From: Candidatus Peribacterales bacterium
Lineage (GTDB): Bacteria > Patescibacteriota > Gracilibacteria > Peribacterales > Peribacteraceae
Length of the DNA: 64,000 bases
NCBI GenBank assembly: GCA_020058765.1
Contig: JAGVDM010000006.1
Span: forward strand, 181,488 to 245,487
Direction of reading: 5' to 3'
A program made the translations under genes and the position numbers. Shown in pieces: positions 1 through 6,881 of this stretch; within the stretch, counting starts at the first letter, position 1, and each line of letters begins with the position of its first letter. Under the pieces are notes generated by a model. That model saw only the letters and a program-made list of their open reading frames with translations, was not told the origin of the DNA and did no database searches.

Positions 1-650
1 TGGGGTTCCGCATGAAGGATTTCCTGGAGGCATATACCGAAGGAATACCGTTGGTAGCTGCATACGATATTGGAGATCGCGAGCAGGCGAAGGCATTCGG
101 TACAGTTGTGCTGGAGGCAGGAACAAACCGCGTGCAAGAGTTCGAAGAAAAACCGGCGAACCCAAAAACCACCTTAGTGAGTACAGGGTGCTCCATTCTG
201 CCAGCTGCCACACTGCCAATCTTGCAGAGCTACGCCGCACAGCACCCAGATAACGTCGGAGGTATTTTTGAAGAATTGCGTCGCCGAGGACAAGAGGTGA
301 CATGCTTCACATTCACCGATACATGGTTCGATATTGGATCCTTCCATGCGTATTTGGAAGCAACGAGGAGCTTGGTTGGGGAACGTGTGCTCCTGGGAGA
401 AGGGGCGATAGCAAACGAAAACACGTGTAGCGGGAGTGTAATCATTGGAGATGGATCGCACGTAACAAAGAGCACACTGAAAGATGTGGTGCTTTTCCCC
501 GGCTCCACCGTGGAAGACTGCGTGCTTGAGCGCTGCATTATCGATAGTCATTGCACACTCCGAGGTGTAGACCTCACTGGAAAAATGATCCGTGCGGGAA
601 CGGAGCTCATCCACCCCGCTCTGAAAAACGGAAAAGCTCGGCAACCTTGA
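1..650 (+). CDS. sugar-phosphate nucleotidyltransferase, C-terminal part (5' end lies outside the window)
   Basis: The reading frame is open to the window edge. It has nucleotidyltransferase-like motifs (EFEEKPANPKT, LVSTGCSILP, WFDIGS). A hexapeptide-repeat-like tail follows (IIGDGSHV, VEDCVLERCIIDSHC). Confidence 0.6.
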   Translation, partial: GFRMKDFLEAYTEGIPLVAAYDIGDREQAKAFGTVVLEAGTNRVQEFEEKPANPKTTLVSTGCSILPAATLPILQSYAAQHPDNVGGIFEELRRRGQEVTCFTFTDTWFDIGSFHAYLEATRSLVGERVLLGEGAIANENTCSGSVIIGDGSHVTKSTLKDVVLFPGSTVEDCVLERCIIDSHCTLRGVDLTGKMIRAGTELIHPALKNGKARQP

Positions 651-688
651 TTGCACGGGCTCCAGGGCTTCTCTACACTCGCCCGGCA

Positions 689-1366
689 ATGGCAAAAAGC
701 CGCATCATCGTGCCTATAGTGCTCACACTGCTCCTTAGCGCATGCGGTAGCGGTAGTATCACGTTCAACGTAGCTGTGGATACAGCGGCTGGTGTGGATC
801 GCCAAGAGATGCTGGGAGCGAGCCTGCGTATGATCGAACGACGTGTGCAAGCAATTGAACAACAGGGCGGGTGGCAGAATCTGCTGGAGGACTCAGATCT
901 ACAGGCAGATGGAGACGATACAACCATTACAGTGAAACTCGCTGAGAGCGAAGCTGTGGACATGCTCATAGAAGACATGACATTCCCCTTCTCATTCGAA
1001 TTCATGGTGCAGGTGCCCATGGAAGAGGCCGAAATCGTGGTGGCCGAAACGCAGGGGTACCGCACGGTAAACCTGAATGCCTCACATGTACGGCAGCTTG
1101 AAGACCGCCTCACCGGGGACGGTGCGGAAGTGCTGGTAGAATTCACCGGCGAAGGTATTACCCGTAAGACTGAAGTATTTACTGAGCACGCAGGTGAAAC
1201 TATGGGGCTCTTCGTGCGCGGGCAGCCTGTCTACCAGTTCGTGGTAGAAGCAGCGGATACGAACAGTGACTCCTTTATTATTAAGGTGCCACAAGCAGAG
1301 CTTGCTTCCGTATTCGCCGATGACGTGAATGCGGGGTTGCATGTGACTTTTACCCCTGTACAGTAA
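689..1366 (+). CDS. lipoprotein resembling the SecD periplasmic P1 base domain
   Basis: An internal ATG at 689 gives MAKSRIIVPIVLTLLLSAC, a signal peptide with a lipobox Cys. Two segments parallel SecD P1 segments of the next gene: LRMIERRVQAIEQ...TITVKL...FEFMV and VLVEFTGEG...GLFVRGQPVYQFVV...FIIKVPQAELASVFADDVNAG. The gene ends 9 nt before secD. Confidence 0.6.
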   Translation: MAKSRIIVPIVLTLLLSACGSGSITFNVAVDTAAGVDRQEMLGASLRMIERRVQAIEQQGGWQNLLEDSDLQADGDDTTITVKLAESEAVDMLIEDMTFPFSFEFMVQVPMEEAEIVVAETQGYRTVNLNASHVRQLEDRLTGDGAEVLVEFTGEGITRKTEVFTEHAGETMGLFVRGQPVYQFVVEAADTNSDSFIIKVPQAELASVFADDVNAGLHVTFTPVQ

Positions 1367-1375
1367 CCCTCCCCC

Positions 1376-3799
1376 ATGGCCTCCTCCCGCTCCACGTACC
1401 GTATTGTTGCAACTGGCATTGCTGCCGTGTTGCTTGGCCTAGTGGCCTTGCCACAGGAAATGAAAACGTGGGCACCCGCGTACCTGCGCAATGCAACCTT
1501 CCACTTTGGATTGGATCTTGCAGGTGGAACACAGCTCGACTTCCGAATTTCAGAACAGGAACTGCGCGATCAGCGCGCTCAGCTAGAGCGAGATCTGGAG
1601 CTGGCACGAACGCAGAACGCTGGAAACGAACGTATTACGCAGCTGCAGTTGCAGTTGCAGGCATTGGATGCCCAGCAGGAAAACATTGTAGAGGCAATCC
1701 GCACTGTGCTGGAACGCCGCATCAATGCACTCGGCGTGAGCGAAGCAACCATTACGCCATCGTACGTCGGCGAGGAAAAGCACCTGCTTGTGGACTGCCC
1801 AGGCGTGGTGAATGTGCAGGACTGTATTGATACGGTTGGCAAAACCATCCAGCTGGAATTTAAAGAAGAATTCACAGAGGCAACTGCCGAATACGAATCA
1901 GAAGTACGCACCAGAGCCAATGCCGCATTTGCACGCATCCAAGCAGGCGAGACTCTCCCAAAGATTGGGGAAGACGTCAGCGCCGAAATCGGCGTGCTCT
2001 ACAACGACGACGCCGCACTGTTCCAGGATCAGCTGCCACAGGGCCTAGAGAGTCTGTGGGACGCATCTCCATCGGGTGTGCAGCGCATGGAAGGCTCCAT
2101 TGCTACTCTCGCAGAGAACGCCGACGGCGAGCAGTACATGCGTGAAGTGCCAGGCATCTTCCTTGTAGAAGTCATCGGCCCACGCACGCAAACAGGACGC
2201 CTGATCAACGATGCACCTACTGCATTCACGATGCTTGCGGAGGAATCGGATGCAGTGGAATACCGCGAAAACGCAGAGAAGAAATTGGATAGCAGCGTAC
2301 AGCCGCCAGTCATTTCTGCACTCAAAGAAATGCAGCCGGGCGACCTCCGCGTTGCAACACTGGATGATGGCTCCGCACGCTTGCTCTTCCTGCGTTCACG
2401 ACAAGCAGGAAGCGAAACAATGGAAGCAAGCCACGTGCTGATTGCCTACAAAGGCGCACTGTCTGCAGCAGACACGGTCACTCGCACAAAAGAAGAGGCA
2501 TTGGCTCTTGCTCAGGAGGTGCACACGAAAGCGCTTGCCGGCGAGGACTTCGCCGCGCTTGCTCGTGAGTATTCCGATGGCCCTTCGCAAGAAACAGGCG
2601 GGAGCCTAGGGTCCTTCGGTCGTGGCGACATGGTGGCACCATTCGAAGAGGTTGTATTCGATCTGGCAGAGGGGGCAATCAGCGAGCCAGTGGAAACGTC
2701 ATTCGGCTATCACATCATTCGTGCAGATCGTGCTCCCACAGTGCAGCCAGATACAGCGCACTTCGACGAGCTAACGGTGACAGGAGAGGACGCTACTGCA
2801 ACCGCTGAAAGTATGCTCGACCGGATGCAGAAAGGTGAAATCAGGCGCACAGAGGATCAGGCGCACCTGCGCTTCGTCATGTTCTCACTCATCCCCAGTG
2901 GCTGGAAGGACACAGCATTAGACGGGAAGCACTTCCGCTCTGCATCCGTTACGGTAGACCCGCAAACAAACCTGCCGATCGTACAGATCACATTCAACGA
3001 CGAAGGTAGCCAACTGTTCCAGGAGCTCACACGGAACAATATCAACAAGCGCATTGCGATCTTTGTTGGTGGTCAGATGATCTCCGCGCCTGTGGTACAG
3101 GCAGAAATTGCAGGAGGTACGGCGGTGATCACAGGGAGCCAGAACTTCGAAGAAGCCCGGCTCTTGGCACAAGATCTCAATACTGGCGCAATCCCCGCTC
3201 CAATCTTCCTGAGCGGTCAACGCACGGTAGAAGCGACTCTCGGCGCCAGCGCGCTGCAGACCGCACTGCAAGCAGCGCTCGTGGGAGCCATTATTCTCAT
3301 GATCTGGATGGTGATTGTGTACCGCCTGCTCGGCGTCGTTGCGAGCATTGCACTGATAATCTACACCTTCCTATTCTTCGTATTCTTAAAGCTTCCGCTG
3401 TTCCTCGTGTCCAGTAACTACATTGTGCTCACCTTAGCTGGTATGGCGGGCGTCATCTTGAGTATGGGCATGGCGGTAGATGCGAACGTGCTCATCTTTG
3501 AGCGCATTAAAGAGGAGCTAGGCAAAGGCAAACTCCTGAAGACTGCTATTAGCAGTGGCTTTGAACGTGCATGGCCGAGCATCCGTGATGGAAACGTGTC
3601 TACGCTCATTACCTGCGGCATTCTGTTCATGGTAGGCAGCTCCATCGTTCGCGGCTTCGCTATTACGCTCAGCGTGGGCGTGCTGCTCTCCATGTTCACG
3701 GCAATCATCATTACACGATGGCTCGCCGAGCGGCTCGCAAGCTCGCCTGCGCTCACCCAGAACACCTGGCTCTTCTGCGGACCAAAGAAGAAGGACTAA
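1376..3799 (+). CDS. secD: protein translocase subunit SecD with an inserted parvulin-type PPIase domain
   Basis: N-terminal TM helix, GLDLAGGTQL motif and RRINALGVSE...TIQLEFKEE. The C-terminal TM bundle carries MGMAVDANVLIFERIKEE. Residues ~350-452 (nt ~2423-2731) form a parvulin module: SHVLIAYKG...AGEDFAALAREYSDGPSQETGGSLGSFGRGDMVAPFEE...ETSFGYHIIRADR. Confidence 0.85.
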   Translation: MASSRSTYRIVATGIAAVLLGLVALPQEMKTWAPAYLRNATFHFGLDLAGGTQLDFRISEQELRDQRAQLERDLELARTQNAGNERITQLQLQLQALDAQQENIVEAIRTVLERRINALGVSEATITPSYVGEEKHLLVDCPGVVNVQDCIDTVGKTIQLEFKEEFTEATAEYESEVRTRANAAFARIQAGETLPKIGEDVSAEIGVLYNDDAALFQDQLPQGLESLWDASPSGVQRMEGSIATLAENADGEQYMREVPGIFLVEVIGPRTQTGRLINDAPTAFTMLAEESDAVEYRENAEKKLDSSVQPPVISALKEMQPGDLRVATLDDGSARLLFLRSRQAGSETMEASHVLIAYKGALSAADTVTRTKEEALALAQEVHTKALAGEDFAALAREYSDGPSQETGGSLGSFGRGDMVAPFEEVVFDLAEGAISEPVETSFGYHIIRADRAPTVQPDTAHFDELTVTGEDATATAESMLDRMQKGEIRRTEDQAHLRFVMFSLIPSGWKDTALDGKHFRSASVTVDPQTNLPIVQITFNDEGSQLFQELTRNNINKRIAIFVGGQMISAPVVQAEIAGGTAVITGSQNFEEARLLAQDLNTGAIPAPIFLSGQRTVEATLGASALQTALQAALVGAIILMIWMVIVYRLLGVVASIALIIYTFLFFVFLKLPLFLVSSNYIVLTLAGMAGVILSMGMAVDANVLIFERIKEELGKGKLLKTAISSGFERAWPSIRDGNVSTLITCGILFMVGSSIVRGFAITLSVGVLLSMFTAIIITRWLAERLASSPALTQNTWLFCGPKKKD

Positions 3800-4470
3800 G
3801 CTGCGAGTGCCTGATCCGCACCTGCATGCCTGCGCTCTAGCTCTCTAAACTGGCCATTCTTGATGAGCTCACGATCGCTCCCCGAGAGCACAGAACCAAC
3901 TTCTGCTCGAATCGCTTTGTATTCTGCAGAGAGGAAATCTGTGCTGCTTTGCTCCTCCATAGCATCGAATTCGCGGAGCTTCGTCGCATTCAACTCCTTG
4001 CCCTTTACGGTAATGGTTTCTGCATCAGCTGTTGCCGATTGCTCCTGATGGCGCGCTTCGTGCGCGCCTATATCTTCGGCGATCTCGGTATTGATCAAAC
4101 GATCTCCTGTACCCGATCGAATCGCCTGCGCATCCACCCACATGTTGGATGATTGCAACTGCGCCTGCCCTGCTGTGTCGCCAGGTAGATCCTTCATGAC
4201 TGGGTCGTGTTCACCAAGCGAGGAGCGCAGATCTGCTGCAGCTTCATCGAGCTTCTTTGCCTCTGTAGCACCATCTTTCGAATCAGCACCCTCAAGCGTG
4301 CCTGCAATTTCTGTACGAACATCATCGCGCATGGTGGCTTGCTCCGTAGCAACATCCTGCTGCGCAAGCTTATCCGCGCGTTGCTCGAGAGCATTCGCCA
4401 ATTGGCTTACGCTCTTTTCTCCCTGCGTTTCTTCTTCGTAGATTGCCTGTGCTGTTTCGATAGGTGACAT
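3796..4470 (-). CDS. hypothetical acidic protein
   Basis: Long ORF. An internal ATG at 4470 (MSPIETAQ) is preferred over the upstream extension. It has no signal peptide or TM segment and contains one HExxH string (HEARH). Its stop overlaps the secD stop by 4 nt (convergent). Confidence 0.5.
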   Translation of the reverse strand: MSPIETAQAIYEEETQGEKSVSQLANALEQRADKLAQQDVATEQATMRDDVRTEIAGTLEGADSKDGATEAKKLDEAAADLRSSLGEHDPVMKDLPGDTAGQAQLQSSNMWVDAQAIRSGTGDRLINTEIAEDIGAHEARHQEQSATADAETITVKGKELNATKLREFDAMEEQSSTDFLSAEYKAIRAEVGSVLSGSDRELIKNGQFRELERRHAGADQALAA

Positions 4471-4562
4471 GCGCTCAGTATGGGGAACCCGAGCTCTCAA
4501 AACCACACACGATGTCCCACAAGTGTCATGAGACCTACATTTTGGCTATTTACAGCCGATAA

Positions 4563-5072
4563 TTATGTATTCTCATGTCCCTTTCTGCGCCACAATTCAA
4601 AGGTGAAAGCGACTGCATGCCGGTCATCCGCAGGGTGCTGTTTTTCGGAAATTTTTACCCATTCATCTTGTGAGAATTCCGGGAAAAATGCCGTGCCTCC
4701 ATCCACGGTCATATGCACGCGTGTGAGATCGAGTTCGTTTGCGAGCGGAAGTGCGGCAGCATAGATATCCCCACCGCCGATGATGCAGATTTTCTTGGAA
4801 GGCTCTTCTGCAACGAGCGCGAGTGCATCGGTAAGAGAATGTGCAATTTCGCATCCGAGAGCGGAAAAGTCCTGCTGCCGAGTGACGATAATATTGCGGC
4901 GTCGCGGGAGTGCACGACCGATACTCTCATACGTGCGACGTCCCATAATGATGGGATGGCCAACGGTCGCATCATGAAAATGCTTGAAGTCATCGGGCAA
5001 ATCCCACGGAATGCCACCATCTTTTCCGATGACATTGTTTTCGGAGGCGGCGGCAACTAAGGAGATGATCAT
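4563..5072 (-). CDS. folA: dihydrofolate reductase
   Basis: MIISLVAAASENNVIGKDGGIPWDLPDDFKHFHDATVGHPIIMGRRTYESIG is a typical DHFR N-terminus. The start was moved to the ATG at 5072, giving 169 aa. Confidence 0.9.
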   Translation of the reverse strand: MIISLVAAASENNVIGKDGGIPWDLPDDFKHFHDATVGHPIIMGRRTYESIGRALPRRRNIIVTRQQDFSALGCEIAHSLTDALALVAEEPSKKICIIGGGDIYAAALPLANELDLTRVHMTVDGGTAFFPEFSQDEWVKISEKQHPADDRHAVAFTFELWRRKGHENT

Positions 5073-5117
5073 CTGTAAGTACCGTACAGGATCGAGAAAA
5101 TTTCTTGAAGGGCTGGT

Positions 5118-5166
5118 CCGCCGCCACTGGGGGTGAAGGGGCAAGCGGAGCGGGAGTTGGCGGCGG
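5118..5166 (-). promoter_or_regulatory. conserved C-rich stem-loop element, copy 1 (folA leader)
   Basis: On the minus strand: CCGCCGCCA-AACTCCCGCTCCGCTTGCCCCTTCACCCCCAG-TGGCGGCGG. This is a 9-bp stem closing a C-rich loop of about 31 nt, 46 nt upstream of the folA ATG. About 40 of 44 positions are identical to the element at 24794-24844. Confidence 0.5.
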
Positions 5167-5180
5167 TGCATTTTTCTTTG

Positions 5181-5215
5181 CTTCTTTCTTTTGTTGGGCA
5201 GACAAAAGAAAGAAG
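5181..5215 (-). other. perfect 14-bp hairpin after the thyA stop
   Basis: CTTCTTTCTTTTGT-7 nt-ACAAAAGAAAGAAG. No U-tract follows it on either strand, so it is not a canonical intrinsic terminator. Confidence 0.5.
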
Positions 5216-5240
5216 GCACACGATGCAATCGCCATGATCG

Positions 5241-6035
5241 TTACACCGCAATCGGTGCCTTAATCGCGGGGTGCGGATCGTAGTTGAGAATCTCGAAATC
5301 TTCGAAAACGAAGTCAAAAATGGAGCGTCGATCTGGATTGATCTTGAGCGTTGGAAGTGGCTTCACGGAGCGCGAAAGCTGCTCTTTCGCCTGATCGAAA
5401 TGATTGTGGTAAATATGCGCGTCACCCAGGGTGTGTACGAAATCGCCAACCTGCAATCCGGTGACTTGCGCGAGCATGTGCACAAGCATGCTGTAGCTTG
5501 CGATATTGAACGGCACACCCAGGAAAATATCCGCACTGCGTTGGTACAACTGACAACTCAATTTGCCGTCGGCTACATAGAATTGAAATAGGCAATGACA
5601 CGGTGGCAGAGCCATCTGATCGATGTACGCCACGTTCCACGCACACACAATATGACGGCGGGAATTCGGATTCTTCTTGAGCTGCTCCACCAGCTGTGTG
5701 ATCTGATCGTAGTGCTTGCCATCCGGGCCGGGCCAACTGCGCCACTGGTACCCATAGACCGGGCCCAAATTGCCATTCTCATCAGCCCATTCATCCCAAA
5801 TCGTCACTTTGTTATCGCGCAAGTACTGCACATTGGTATCCCCTTTTAGGAACCAGAGTAATTCGTGGAGAATCGAGCGAATATGGAGCTTTTTTGTGGT
5901 GAGAAGCGGAAAGCCTTTTTGGAGATCAAACCGCATCTGGTAGCCAAAAACACTGCGTGTACCGGTACCCGTCCGGTCATCACGATCGGTACCGTTCTCA
6001 AGCACATGGGAGAGGAGGTCGAGATACTGCTGCAC
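5241..6035 (-). CDS. thyA: thymidylate synthase (ThyA type)
   Basis: [42 protein letters not shown] and DAHIYHNH motifs. An in-frame GTG at 6035 gives 264 aa, the usual ThyA length. Confidence 0.9.
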   Translation of the reverse strand: MQQYLDLLSHVLENGTDRDDRTGTGTRSVFGYQMRFDLQKGFPLLTTKKLHIRSILHELLWFLKGDTNVQYLRDNKVTIWDEWADENGNLGPVYGYQWRSWPGPDGKHYDQITQLVEQLKKNPNSRRHIVCAWNVAYIDQMALPPCHCLFQFYVADGKLSCQLYQRSADIFLGVPFNIASYSMLVHMLAQVTGLQVGDFVHTLGDAHIYHNHFDQAKEQLSRSVKPLPTLKINPDRRSIFDFVFEDFEILNYDPHPAIKAPIAV

Positions 6036-6062
6036 ACACCCATCGTAGGGGAAGGTGGCGAA

Positions 6063-6091
6063 TTGTGAAAATAGCCTTTTTCTGCTATAAT
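6063..6091 (+). promoter_or_regulatory. sigma70-like promoter candidate (TTGTGA-N17-TATAAT)
   Basis: -35 TTGTGA at 6063-6068, a 17-nt spacer, and -10 TATAAT at 6086-6091. It lies 25 nt before the ATG at 6116, in the thyA-divergent intergenic region. Confidence 0.45.
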
Positions 6092-6115
6092 TCTTTGATA
6101 CTTCCCCATATTCCG

Positions 6116-6859
6116 ATGGTCGAAAGAACAACAAATATCCCCGCAGAAACCCCGGATACACCCCCAAATATTGAGGTGCCACCCCGGGAACCGGCGGCAA
6201 CAGAAAAACCCTCTGGGGATACGGGTGCTGTCGAAACACAACGTGTTACGAGGGACGTAACGGAAAAACGAGACGTTCTGCATTTGGAGATCGAAAGTCA
6301 GCGCATTGACGGTACGCCGGATACGGAGAAAAAGGCACCGACAACGCGAGCAGAGCAAGTGGCCGCAACCGCAGCTGGATTCGCCGGTGGCCTGGGCAAG
6401 CTTGTAGAGGCGTTCAAGAAGGTGTCTGACAGGCTGGATCCCATTCGCGAGAACCTTGCACGAGCGCTGGGGCCAATGTTCGGCACAGAAGTGCCAGGAC
6501 CGCTGAAAGCAGCGCTGGGATTCTCGAGCTTGGGCATGCTTCCAATGCTCGAAAACTTCACGGGCAAATACGGCGTGTTTTACAAGAACCTCACGAAGAA
6601 CAAAATGAAGATCCTTGATACGCAATTCACTGCAAAAGGGTTCCTCGCGGAATATGACACTGCGGTATCAGAAGGGCTGCAATTGCCATTGGATGAATAC
6701 ATTCGCAGAGTCGCTGCACACCTACATCAAAAGAGGGGCGCGGGTGAAATTTCTGTGAACGGCAAAGAGCTTGCTGAGGCAGGAAAGACAGTAGTGCAGC
6801 AAGAAAAGAGTGCTGTAGTACAAGCGGAAAAGAAGCCGGAGACGCAGACAATCAAATAA
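6116..6859 (+). CDS. hypothetical protein (ORFan), first gene of the giant-protein operon
   Basis: ORF with its start moved to the ATG at 6116 (MVERTTNIP), downstream of the promoter candidate. The N-terminus is acidic and Pro/Thr-rich. I recognise no motif. Confidence 0.55.
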   Translation: MVERTTNIPAETPDTPPNIEVPPREPAATEKPSGDTGAVETQRVTRDVTEKRDVLHLEIESQRIDGTPDTEKKAPTTRAEQVAATAAGFAGGLGKLVEAFKKVSDRLDPIRENLARALGPMFGTEVPGPLKAALGFSSLGMLPMLENFTGKYGVFYKNLTKNKMKILDTQFTAKGFLAEYDTAVSEGLQLPLDEYIRRVAAHLHQKRGAGEISVNGKELAEAGKTVVQQEKSAVVQAEKKPETQTIK

Positions 6860-6881
6860 CGAAGCATTCACACAAACACCC

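Noticed and set aside
5118-5166. Identifying the folA/pyrD leader element as a known riboswitch (THF, ZTP/pfl, PRPP/guanidine ykkC-type), or as a plus-strand G-quadruplex.
   Set aside because: I cannot match it to the conserved cores of those riboswitch classes as I remember them. On the plus strand there are only three runs of three or more G (plus GG runs), and that strand is antisense to both operons. The element is kept as an unclassified candidate rather than given a named class.
5073-5228. N-terminal extensions in the ORF track for folA (to 5228), thyA (to 6239), pyrG (from 21998), efp (to 31729), tagA (to 43420), korA (to 51431), the RDD gene (from 46210) and others.
   Set aside because: The extensions encode Arg/Pro-rich non-conserved sequence and overlap neighbouring genes or regulatory hairpins. 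Internal ATG or GTG codons reproduce the canonical family N-termini and lengths.
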